This document shows, piece by piece, positions 38,505 to 49,741 of a stretch of 64,000 bases of DNA. A program made the position numbers and the translations under genes. Origin of the DNA: Lama glama (Eukaryota). The notes under the pieces were generated by a model. The model was not told where the DNA came from and made no database searches. It saw nothing but the letters and a program-made list of their open reading frames with translations. The DNA is taken from positions 7,380,001 to 7,444,000 of the forward strand of contig CM052816.1 of assembly GCA_028534125.1 (NCBI GenBank), written 5' to 3'. Positions within the stretch are counted from its first letter, which is position 1, and each line of letters starts with the position of its first letter.

Positions 38505-38654
38505 ATTCTTTTGCGTGCAGCCGTCCGTTTTACCCAGCACATTTGTTGAGGGGACTATCACCAGCATTCATTGGCTTCAGAACCTCACCTCCCATCATCA
38601 CAAAATCTCTCTTCATCTTATTAAAGAATGAATTCAGGAATCAAAATTGGCAAG

Positions 38655-38850
38655 ATTTTTTTTCACAAGTTCTTAAACTGTGGCAAGATACACATAACAG
38701 AAAATTTATCACCTTAACCACTTTTAAGCGTGCAGATCACTGACGTCAACTTTCACATTGTTGTGGGGCCATCATCACCATCCAACCCTGGAACTCTGTT
38801 CATCTTGCAAAACTGAAACTCTGTACCCATTAAACACTAAATCCCATTTC
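38655..38850 (-). mobile_element. L1MB-like 3' end
   Basis: cacataacagaaaatttatcaccttaaccacttttaag..aactgaaactctgtacccattaaac. Confidence 0.75.
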
Positions 38851-40489
38851 CTCTACTTACAACTCATTGGGCTTTGGCCTGAGCAACTGGAGAGACTGTG
38901 GTCCCCTCTCTTCTCCTGTACTTATTACTGCTGTTCATCTTTTGATGGCATTTCCCTTGACTTGACCAAACTGTCCTTCAATGCTTATTTTAACCCCATG
39001 TTATAAATATTGCTAGTTGGGCTCAGACATGGTGGTTTACTTGGGACAGCCACCTACATACAACCCACGGTGATTTTTAGTTTCAGAATTTTCCTAATGC
39101 CTACTGCAGGGTGCTGGTGTTTCTCATCCCCTAGTGGCTGATGTTTAGGGTTACCTAAAGTGAGCATCTAATCCCTAAATTCACTCCAAAAGTCATGATT
39201 TCCACGGCTATGACTGCAAAAAAGACAAAGGAAATTTAAAATATTAAGGGGTTTACTGTCCCTATTATCATTTGTTTAAGAACTTTCAGGTTGCAAAGTG
39301 CTTTTTTTTTTTTAACCATACATTGTCACATTGCCTCACCTCCACAAACCGTCTAAGGTAGTTATTTTCATGCTATTTTTCAGAAATGAGGAAAGTGAGT
39401 CTGAAAGAGAAAGTAACTTGACGAAAGTCACGCAAATGGTCCAGTCTCTGTCCCCGCTCATCCCCAAAAAGGGAGATGTTGAAGTTGCAGGAAATCCGAA
39501 ATGACTACCATCGTTACTTCCTTGAAAAATAATAATTCCAAATAAACTAACTGACTGAGCTTTGGTTACAATTTTAATTTGGTTGAGGGAGGTTCAAGCC
39601 TAAACTTCTCATCTCCATCTTACTTATTTGGTTATTTGAAAGACTGCCATCTTGAAAACTTACTTAAATATTCTCATTTCTTCTTATATTGTTTCATTCT
39701 CTTACCATAACTTGATAGTTAGCTTCCTCTTCATTCCTGTGCATAAATTTAACTGCTTGTCAGCCGTAGAAAACTGATGTTCCTTTTCCTCTTAAATGGT
39801 CCTAGTGCCTATCAGATCCTCTCCAGCTTCCCTGCATCTTTCTGCATCTGTGGCACAGAAATACACAACTGTACCATGTACTGAAGTGGTAAAAATCTCA
39901 CTCTGCCCTTGTTTCTCATCAGATTTTCCTCCAGCCCCCTTCTCTTTATAATTGGCCCCCTTTCAGCTCTCAGGGCCTCAGCACAAATGGTTACTTTAGG
40001 GACAAATTGAAATTATAGGAAATATTTTGTGTTTATCCCTCATCCTCCCTCGACTGTCTTTTTAATATTGATCAACGTAGCATAAGGAGTTTTTCTGGGG
40101 TTTCCTCCTCATGAGCTGGACCCTGGGGTCCATCCTGGGGCTCTGTCTGCGGCAGCTCCCAAGCCATGAGTCTCCTTTGTCTTTCACGGGAACTGATGGT
40201 GCACTTGGGGGAGGGGAGGAATGAGCAGATGTGAGCAGCTATCTTCAGGTTGTAGGGGAGAGAAAATGTTCCATTTTCAGATCCCAGAGTCCTTCCATCT
40301 AGCCAAGGGTGACCCTGCTTTCAGGACAGCCACATTCCAAACGCCAGGTGATGCGTGGAAATCAAGAGACTTGTGGAAAGAGGGGGTTCTCACCCATCAT
40401 TAGCTGTGTGAGAGTCTGTGTTGAAGAGAAGGGCCTTGGATCTTTGTAAAATCCTGTGGAAATCTTCTGACCCCTTTCACACTGAGTCT

Positions 40490-40995
40490 TTTTTTTTTAA
40501 TTGAAGTTTAGTTGATAGACAATATGATAGTTTTAGGTGTACAGCAAAGTGATTCAATTATACATATATTATATATATGTTCTTTTGCATTATAGGTTAT
40601 TAAAGATGTTAAATATATTTCCCTGTGCTCTACAGTAGGTCCTTGTGATTTATCTGTTTTATATATAGTAGTGTGCATCTGCCAATCCCAAACTCCTAAT
40701 TTATCCCTTCCCCCTCTTCCCCTTTGGTAACCATAAGTTTGTTTTCTATATCTGTAAGTCTGTTTCATTAATCAGTTTATTCGTATCATTTTTTTAAAGA
40801 TTCCACATATAAGTGATATCATATGATTTTGTCTTTCTCTCACTTACTTCACTTAGTATGATAATCTCTAGATCCATCCTTGTTGCTGCAAATGGCATTA
40901 TTTCATCTTTTTTAGGGCTGCATATTATTCCATTGTGTATATATACCACATCTTCTTTATCCAGTCATCTGTCAGTGGACATTCAGGCTGCTTTT
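40490..40995 (-). mobile_element. LINE-1 3'UTR (artiodactyl type)
   Basis: Poly-T start, ctttggtaaccataagtttg, gattccacatataagtgatatc. Confidence 0.85.
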
Positions 40996-42199
40996 TAAGT
41001 TATCACAAGTCTCAGTCCTACTGACGTCTCTGGAGTGCTGTGTGTTTTCAGTTCAGTTTCTTCATGAGCTGTCACTGAGTCTCCAGAGTTCAAGAAGAGA
41101 ATGACTCCTCTTCACACTCATCCCTCCACCTGCTTCTCTCCCACTGCTCATCCTTCCCTTCCTCACAGAATACCTTCTCTGCATTAATTTTTTTTTCCTG
41201 TCTTCAAAGTCTCTTTAACATGGATTCTCTTGTTGCCAAAAAGTATTTTGGTACATCTACCCACAAATCCCTGCATCATGTTGTAACCATACACTTGGCC
41301 ATTTCACATGATAACCTCTGTAGATAACTGACCTGCACAGACAGCTTGGTATCCCCTCCCCCTCCCCCCAAGTGTGGGCTGAAACCCTACCGGGAATTTA
41401 AATTTGTGACTTTTAAATTTGTGAGCTGCCCATTCTTCTCTCCCCCCTGGTTCTTTGCTGATAAGCTCTTCCTTCCCCTGTAATAGAAGCTTTGGAGGCA
41501 GGAACAAAAGTAGCTTCCTGTTCTGCCTCAACTGTTTACTATGCTTAATTAATTCATCTATGGTGATTTCTATCTTTATTGGCCAGGATTACATTCATAT
41601 TCAAAAACTTAGTTTTCAGCGATGGTTTTATAGTCTAAAGTATTTACCAGAGTAGGTCTGGCTTTGATGACCAACTCCACAGAAAAGACTGCTATTTACC
41701 ACCTTTCAGTCACTCAAGAAGCAACACAGGTGGTGGTGGAGGATTGTGACCGCTTGGGCATAAAAGGCAATTGGTTTCCCACTGTGGAAATGAAAAGGCA
41801 GATCTGGCACCATCGGTGTCTGTGATGCCAAGGTATGTGTGACAAACAAAAAGAGAACAATGGAAGGTTAAGTTTCAAAACATAATAAAAGCATAGGATC
41901 TAGTATACAAAAAATGACCATGCTTTTGGGGACTTCCTTCACCTGATGTGAAGTAAAGATGAAAGAAGGGATTGGCCAGCATGTCCAGAGTTTCTGGTTT
42001 TGCTGTTGTATGGCTCTCATACACGTTATATGTGGGAAAGATCTCAAAATGCCTTCCCCAATGAGTCCAGTCTTCTGGAAATTTTCTTCACTGTGAGAAC
42101 CAAACACAGTCAGTTGGCATCTGGAAGTTAGGTAAATGCCACTTTAACCTTCAGGAAGCATCAAGAATTAGCAAACTGTGGGAACCCACTCTCCCTCTT

Positions 42200-42720
42200 C
42201 TCCAACTGCATTGGCCAGATTCTTTGGTTGTTAAGTATGGAAAGCCCAATGAAAAACTGGCTAAAGGAACATGGGAAGGAGTTTATTCACCAACAAGTGA
42301 AAGTCCCAAAGAGAGCAAGCTTCGGACTCTGGCTGGATTCAGGGGCACAGATCACTCTCTCCATCTCTTAGTTCCACTCTGCTCTGTTTTGACTCCATTT
42401 TTAGGTTCTTACCTCATGGTGGCAAGATGGCTGCCAGAGATCACCATCTTTTATCCTCTCCTCTCATTAATCCCAGTTGGAAAAGTCCATCTCTCTCTCT
42501 CTCAAGGGTTTCAAATTCTAAAGAAGTCCTGAGAATTGAGTCTGATTTGGACTGACTGGATCATGGTCCCCGCTCTGAACTGTGGCTAGAGAAGAGGGCT
42601 TTCGTGTTGATATCGGCCACACCTGGATCTCGTGTCTACCACTGGAGCCAGGCCTAAATCACCTGGACCAAGAGGAAAGTGAGGGTGGGTGTTTTAGGAA
42701 GCCATCAGTTGCGTTACCAA
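42200..42720 (+). mobile_element. Old MLT1 LTR
   Basis: ctcatggtggcaagatggctgcc..tgatttggactgactggatcatgg. Confidence 0.6.
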
Positions 42721-43244
42721 AAGGAGAGAGCCTGGATCTCCTACAGGTGAAACAATGAATGTCCACTGGATCAAGTTACAGCCACAGCTGCCTTGATGGA
42801 GAAGCTGGTTTGTTCTAAGGCATGCAGCTTTTTCTACAGCTTCTGGAACTGACTGCACTGAACTCACCCAATTGAGATCCCTCCCACTGCTCTCCTGGAC
42901 AGCTGTGCCCATTGCTGTAAGTTTGTAACTCATGTTATCACTTCTCACTTACACAAGCTTAAAAAAAAAAAAAAAAAAAAAGAAAGCTAGACCATAATTT
43001 TTGGTGTATGGGTGTGAGTGCCTGGGGACAGAGGTTAAAAGAATTGACTTCATAGTTCAAGGTTAGATTTACTTTAGGAATCACATTCAAGATTCTGTCA
43101 GCCCTGGGCCTCAGGGAGGAGGGTGAAAGGGAAGGACCGGGAAGGACCTTCTCTGAGAGGAAGCCCCCTGCCCTGTGTTTCTGGTCTTGAGATGGCTGGC
43201 TGGGGTGGGGTCTCTGCCCCACAGCTCTCGCCCTCCCACCCTCA

Positions 43245-43744
43245 NNNNNNNNNNNNNNNNNNNNNNNNNNNNNNNNNNNNNNNNNNNNNNNNNNNNNNNN
43301 NNNNNNNNNNNNNNNNNNNNNNNNNNNNNNNNNNNNNNNNNNNNNNNNNNNNNNNNNNNNNNNNNNNNNNNNNNNNNNNNNNNNNNNNNNNNNNNNNNNN
43401 NNNNNNNNNNNNNNNNNNNNNNNNNNNNNNNNNNNNNNNNNNNNNNNNNNNNNNNNNNNNNNNNNNNNNNNNNNNNNNNNNNNNNNNNNNNNNNNNNNNN
43501 NNNNNNNNNNNNNNNNNNNNNNNNNNNNNNNNNNNNNNNNNNNNNNNNNNNNNNNNNNNNNNNNNNNNNNNNNNNNNNNNNNNNNNNNNNNNNNNNNNNN
43601 NNNNNNNNNNNNNNNNNNNNNNNNNNNNNNNNNNNNNNNNNNNNNNNNNNNNNNNNNNNNNNNNNNNNNNNNNNNNNNNNNNNNNNNNNNNNNNNNNNNN
43701 NNNNNNNNNNNNNNNNNNNNNNNNNNNNNNNNNNNNNNNNNNNN
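43245..43744. other. Assembly gap (500 N)
   Basis: N run. Confidence 1.
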
Positions 43745-44278
43745 TGGACAGAGGGAATTCTAAAGATTGTAATGATAATGTACGTGTAAGACAGTCCTGT
43801 CAGGAGCAAGGAACCCAGTACCAACACAGCAGAGGAGACAAAGTCAGCCAGTTCAGCCAGAGAGATATCCGCACAGACCAGCTTTAGCACAGGGGCACTG
43901 TCACAGAAAAAGTGATTGATTACATTTGGCCCACAAAAGGGCAGAGGAGCACTTAATATTGCTGATGCCAAAATTGACAAAAATGCACCTCCGTAAGATC
44001 CCAGAAGCAATGATACGCATGTTTTCTTGTTCATGATGATGGTATACCTTAGTGGGTTGCAGATGGCAACGTACCGATCGAAGGACATGACAGCCAAGAG
44101 GAAGAATTCTGTGGATCCCAAGAGAAAGTAGAAGAAAGACTGTGCAAGGCACCCCATGAAGGATATTGCTTTGGTGAGAGAAAGTGTGTTGGCCAGCATC
44201 TTAGGCACCACTGTGGACGTAATGGCAACCTGGAGAAAAGAAAGATTGGATACAAAGAAATACATGGGTGAATGCAGT
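43745..44278 (-). pseudogene. C-terminal part (TM2 onward, running into the gap) of the same split OR, family-6-like
   Basis: LHSPMYFFVSNLS..MSFDRYVAICNPLRY..NHFFCD..SYTYIIITIFRIPSV with no stop or frameshift. Its 5' side abuts MER20 sequence rather than TM1. Confidence 0.92.
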
Positions 44279-44371
44279 GCAATTAGTGCTTGGAAGCCAG
44301 GGACACAGTTAAACATCCTGCAATGCACAGGGCACCCTGAATGTCAGTAGTGCCAAAGCTGAAAAACCATG
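44279..44371 (+). mobile_element. MER20 (hAT-Charlie), right half
   Basis: GCAATTAGTG..GCCAGGGACACAGTTAAACATCCTGCAATGCACAGG..AATGTCAGTAGTGCCAAAGCTGAAAAACCATG matches the MER20 3' part, resuming within about 10 nt of where the left half stops. Followed by TSD ctctacag (44372-44379). Confidence 0.85.
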
Positions 44372-44590
44372 CTCTACAGCCGAGTTACCTGAATTCTGTT
44401 TATAGTTCTACCACTTCAAAGTTTGACAAATTACGGTACTTTCCTGTGCCTCAGTTTTCCCCTGTGGAAAATGAGACTAATACTAACACTTACCTCCTAA
44501 GGCTGTTGTGAGACTCAAACGGATTAATACATGTAAAGAGCTTAGGCTCCTGCCTGGTACACAGTTAAGTTCTCCTTAAATGTAAGCTGT
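44372..44590 (+). mobile_element. MIR SINE body and 3' end
   Basis: ctgtgcctcagttttcccctgtggaaaatgag..cttacctcctaaggctgttgtgag..atgtaaagagcttag..tgcctggtacacag is the MIR core and tail. Confidence 0.8.
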
Positions 44591-44594
44591 TATC

Positions 44595-44990
44595 TCCCCT
44601 AAACCTGGCTAAGCATCAGAATCGCTTTAAGACCTTGTCTAGTAACAGATTCCCAAGCCCTGCCTCAGTTGTACTGGATCTGAATCTTTGGAATTTGGAA
44701 TCCAGGAATCTGTGAGGTTTTTAGAGTTCCCCAGCTGATTCTGATGATCAGCCAAGTTTGGGAGTAATTACTCTGAAGCACTGCTGTGAGGAGTGGTCTT
44801 CAGACCAACCGCGTCAGCAGCAGCTCAGAGCAGTGCCACCCAAACTCCAGTGTGCACACGAACCACCTGGGAACATTGACAATGCAGGTTCCGATTCAGG
44901 AGTCTGGGTGGTACCTGAGATTGTGCTTTCCCAACAAGCCCCCAGGTGAGGCCGATGCTGCTGGTCCTCTGAGCACACTTTGAGTCACAA
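44595..44990. mobile_element. Two MER5-type DNA transposon fragments
   Basis: catcagaatc..ctgattctgatgatcagccaagtttggga and ccaggtgaggccgatgctgctggtcc..cactttgag. Confidence 0.65.
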
Positions 44991-45272
44991 CACTCTAAAA
45001 GTCCTTTATACATGCATGTTGTGGTTTCCAAGCACTCAGTAATGCTGCTGACCACAAAGCCTGTTGAATGCCAAAGGGCTGAGCTTCCACCATTTCTCCT
45101 TTTCAAGAGCCAAAAGCAAGGCAAAGATAGGATGCAGCGTGTGAACTCTGCAGGTAGTCTTTATCACATGAGGGCCCCCCTGCCCAAGCAACCGTGGAAA
45201 CCCCCCAGGAGATCAATGCTCCCCTGGCTGGGAAAGTGTCTCCCTGCTCCCAGAAAGAAGAAAAACCTTCAG

Positions 45273-45355
45273 AGGCTCCTGGGGTCCCATTTGCTGTCAA
45301 TAACCTGGAGATTATCTTGTTTACAGTGAAGTTTTAGTGGTTGCTCCCTACCATG
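45273..45355 (+). pseudogene. SLC36 pseudogene, probable exon 7 remnant
   Basis: ttcag|RLLGSHLLSITWR..(Y.LF)..ATG|gttagt vs SLC36A1 [20 protein letters not shown]...GM. Confidence 0.45.
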
Positions 45356-47478
45356 GTTAGTGTCTGTTGAAGAGCATTGCTCTCAAGTGTCGGATCTCAC
45401 CAGCCTCCAGGATTCTGTGTCCTTGGAGAGACAAAGATAGGACTGGACCAGGAAGTCCTTTAATTCAGTAGCTTTTCAAAGTGTGCCTCCATGCCTCTGA
45501 TGGTACAAGTGATAAACTTAGTGGTGAGATGAGTAATGCTTGTTTACTTTCTTAAATTATGTATTTGTGTTGATATGTTCTATTCATGGTGATTTAGAGT
45601 TGCACTATAATACTTCTTCCTAAAATCAATTTCCCTTTAAAACAGACTTGATGAGAAAAATAATACAGGTAGAACATATATATGATAAATGACTTTCATT
45701 TCAGACATGCTGTTTTAGTTCAACTTCCTTGTTTTACAGAAGGAGAAACTAAAGCAAGAGAGGCCCTCAACCTCAATTTTCTTATCCTTAAAGATAATAA
45801 TCCCTGCTTTCAGGATTGTGGTGAGAATTAAACAGTGCGTTTAAAGCACTTTGCATATTGCCTGGCCTATCATACGAACCAAAGTAATAATAGCTGCTCA
45901 CATTATCTGTATTAGATAAGGGACCTTGTTAATATGACCACCATTAGTCTTTCTGAGCCTCTGGCTCCCCATCTGTAAAGTGAAGGCATCAGATGAGAGG
46001 ACTGAGCATCTCTGGCCATCCAGCTCCCTCATCCTTTAACATGCCAGAGAAAAAAATACCTGACAGAAAGCTATGGGGTGTTAAACAAATCTGCTTTTTT
46101 CAATGGACCTCATTTTGTCCATCTGTAGAATGGGAGACCTGAAAACATCTGTATGACAATCCCAGCCAACAAGTAAACCTACTTAAACACCATGGTGTCC
46201 ATATTTAAAATCTGTTTACTTTGGTATGCTCTTAATTGGCACGTTTGGGTGCTAGATCTGTTTTCATCCAGCACTGGAAAAAAGTCAGCGCTAAAAGGGA
46301 ACTTAGCAAAGGTTTTCAAATATTTTCTTATCCTTTGAACTTTTGAGTGAAATCACAAGAGGAACACAATCTTTAAAACACATCAGTTATTCTCATATAG
46401 CTCAGAAAAAAATACATGCACACCACATATGGGTGGGGGGTGTGTGTGTGTATATATGTATGTAGTATATATATGTAAAATGCACTCACATCTACACACA
46501 GAAACTGAGGGCTAGAAGCAATCTAGTCTAAGAGCATTAGGCTGTCAAATCCCAAAGCCAAGGCTTAAGCCCTCATCTCTCAGCTTCCAGACCAAATGTC
46601 CCGTGTCAGTTGCTCCTTCTGGTCTTCCTCTTTTATCTTCAGTTTTCTTTTTAGTTCTACTTTTGACAGGATTATCTCTGGATCTCCCCATCACCAACTG
46701 CCCCACTGCTCCCTACACACACACATTTCACACCCCCCACACACACACCCCACTCCTCCCAACACACGAGTAAGGCTGCCTGAACCATTATTCGGAGCTG
46801 ATGCCCCCCCACTACTACTCTGAGATACAGAATTACTGATTATAGACAGCTGGAGCTGGAATAAAGGATGAGCATTGTAGAGAGTTTTCTAGACAACTAA
46901 CTCATACCATGTATAAGGAAACAATTTCTTCAGTCCAGGTGCCAGTGCAATTTATATTCCTTTTCCATCCTTTGGACAGGAGCTGCTGCATATTTTGGTG
47001 TATCAGAAAGTCTCCCCTCTACCCCCACACAAAAGGAACCGAAGATTATACTGTAGTCTGCACACCTGTGCTTCCAGACCTAAAATTAGGGAAGGTGCTC
47101 CTCCTGGTGGTCAGAGCCCAAAGCACAAGTCCTGCAAAGACATCAGCTTATATATTTTATCAGTAATGTCTATAACAGCAACATTTTATCGGTAATTTCT
47201 ATTATCATCAACCCTGGCCACAGGGCTGCTCAGAGGTGGAGTCCTTCCTGCGCATGGAAGAGGATACCTGAGTGTGGCTGGCTGGACTCAAAGTCCCCTA
47301 AGGTCTTTTTAGTGGTTGACATTGTTATAATTCAGCAGTTTGTTGTGCCTAGTGGCACCACGTATTGGAGCTTGCTTTTTCTTTTCCTCTGTCAAACTTT
47401 TTCATGACTGAAATTGATGAATTTAGAATGATAACATAAATGGAGATCACTGTGTAATTATGGCCACTCCATTCACAG

Positions 47479-47640
47479 GTTTTGCTTCTGGAAAACAAGA
47501 TGTGGGACTGTGCCCAGTTTCCGCTCATCCTATTTGGGGGGATGTTGGTGATCACCACCCAGGACCTCCGAGGCCTTGGACTACCTCAAGTTTGGGGCCA
47601 CCACCCAGGTGAGCATCACCCTCAACCTCCCCAACCTCTG
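47479..47640 (+). pseudogene. SLC36 pseudogene, exon 8 remnant
   Basis: cacag|VLLLENKMWDCAQFPLILFGGMLVITT../..[19 protein letters not shown](W)|gtgaat vs SLC36A1 [46 protein letters not shown]. 162 nt, frameshifted. Confidence 0.93.
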
Positions 47641-48804
47641 GTGAATGAAGTCCCAGCCTCAGAGCCGGAAAGATGACGTGCAGAGGGTGGCTGGCATCCC
47701 CTCGTTAGAAGGGAGTAGCAAAGACATGAGTGAGAATTGTCTTAGCATAGAGAAGAATGCCAGGAAACTGTCATGGAAAACCATGGAAATTAGTGGACTA
47801 GGTAAATCAAGAGACCTGGATTCTAGTTTAACACGGCCATTAATTCTCCTATCTTCTAAGTAGGATACTTCTCTTCTCCTCTCAGTTTCTCCATCTACCA
47901 AACAAAGGGATTAGACTAAATGATATCTAAAAGCCCTCCCAGCAATGACTGATGTTTAGTCAGATTTCTTTCCTCCTTTGCAAGTGACTAAAATCCAATC
48001 CAATTTTTTAAAACAAAAAAAAAAGTCCATGTGTATATGTAACTTCAGGCATGGCTGGATCCAGCTACTCAAGTGGTATCCCCAGGACTCAGTCTCTTTC
48101 CATCTCTCAGGTTTGTTTTTCTCTGCGTGGGCTCTATTCATGTTCACTCTTCACACACAGTACACAGTGGTACATGACTGCTAGCACCCCTCATTATAGG
48201 CCTTTCTCTCAACAGCCTTAGTGTAAAAAGCTTTTCTATTTCAAAAGGTCCATTAAATCCTTGGGATTAATTTTGTACACCTGAAACTAATATAACATAA
48301 ATCAACTTTACTTCAATTAGAAAAATAATAATAACAGTACTTGCTTCATGGGGTTGTAATTAGAAATAATCTATGTAAGCTCAGTGCTGAGAAGTGACTT
48401 AGAAGTGACTCAATAACTTTTGGTTATTATTAATAATATCTCTCCCTGAAAATGCAATCATGTCATTTTTCTTTCTTAAAAAAAAATCTAAACCAAGATA
48501 CCTTTTTTCTTGTGTATATGACCTAATTGATTTTTGGCTACTATAAATTAATAGCCCTAAAGAATAGAAATTCTCATTCATAATCTAATGTGTGAATAAA
48601 AATGTTTGGAAAAATATAGTGTGACCACTTGGATTTAGTTTTCTGAGTAATTCATACTCATCATTAACAAGGAGAATGAATAGCACATATTTATTGAATG
48701 TTTCCCATGTGCTAAGTAGTTTACAGACATGATCTCATTTGTCCTTATCATAGCTGCATCTACTACGCGTGGAAGATACAGAACCTCCCGACATGACTTG
48801 GAGA

Positions 48805-48805
<1 letters not shown>

Positions 48806-48869
<64 letters not shown>
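48806..48869. repeat. Long perfect (CA)n microsatellite followed by an MLT1 3' piece
   Basis: About 30 CA units seen directly. Confidence 0.95.
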
Positions 48870-48871
<2 letters not shown>

Positions 48872-49593
48872 CGGCCCTCTACAGGAGAGCTCTCATCAGG
48901 GGCTGACCGTGCCAGACGCTGACCTGGGACTTCCAGCCCCCGGAATTTGTGAGAAAATAAATGTTAGTGTTTAAGCCACCCGGCCTGCTGTACTCTGTTG
49001 TGCAGCTCTAGCTAAGGCACAGGCACTTGTTCTGCTTGTTCTCCTTCTTCCTGGTCCTACGGTAGCATTCAGCATATGGTAGGGACTTGGCAAATATTTG
49101 TTGAATGAATGAAATAAACTTCCTGTTTTTACTGCATTTCAGGGTGCTTGGGAAGTGGTGAAAACAACAAGGCTGGGAAGTCAGGAGACCTAGGCTGGGT
49201 TATAGTCTCAGTCCTGCCATGGCACCACTCTTAACTCACTGTGTCCCTTCCCCTCTTGGGCCTCGGTTCCCTGATTGGTGAGATAGTACTGCTCAACAAG
49301 ATGACCTTTCAAGTTCCCTCTAGTAATGAAGTGATATAATAAAAATAGCCCCCCTCTCTGGGGCACTAACTGTGATTCAGGTCCTGTACTTGTCCCTTTT
49401 CTCATTGAATCCTCCCTTTTGCCTGGAAAACAATAAATGCACTCATCATTTCACAATGAGGAACCAAAGGAACAGAGCTTTGACTAACGAGAAAGGGGAG
49501 GAGTACTCTTAGCATTAAAACAGTGTCCTTTATCCCGAGATGCGTCCTTCAGCATTGAGGGGTTGAAATGTTCTTTGTTTTAAGAAATAACAG

Positions 49594-49741
49594 TTATGAT
49601 AAATCACAGAGAAAAAAATGTGACAATGAGTGTGTATATGTCCATGAATGACTGAAAAATTGTGCTGAACACTGGAATTTGACACAACATTGTAAAATGA
49701 TTGTAAATCAATAAAAAATGTTAAAAAAAAATAAAAAATAA
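49594..49741 (+). mobile_element. Young, strongly 5'-truncated L1 3' end
   Basis: A-rich tail and perfect 12-bp TSD aagaaataacag. Confidence 0.75.

Noticed and set aside
19804..44278. Interpretation as a simple inversion or as MER20 inserted into an OR
   Set aside because: Both OR halves and both MER20 halves keep the same orientation, and the OR halves are inside the MER20 halves in swapped order.
19737..44371. Interpretation as a MER20-bounded composite transposon that mobilised the cargo
   Set aside because: The two MER20 pieces are complementary halves of one ancient element that sits in a continuous MIR. The cargo looks far younger than MER20 activity, and transposition would not permute the OR.
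46930..47010. Alternative candidate for SLC36 pseudo-exon 7
   Set aside because: Similarity is too weak; 45273-45355 fits better and has both splice sites.
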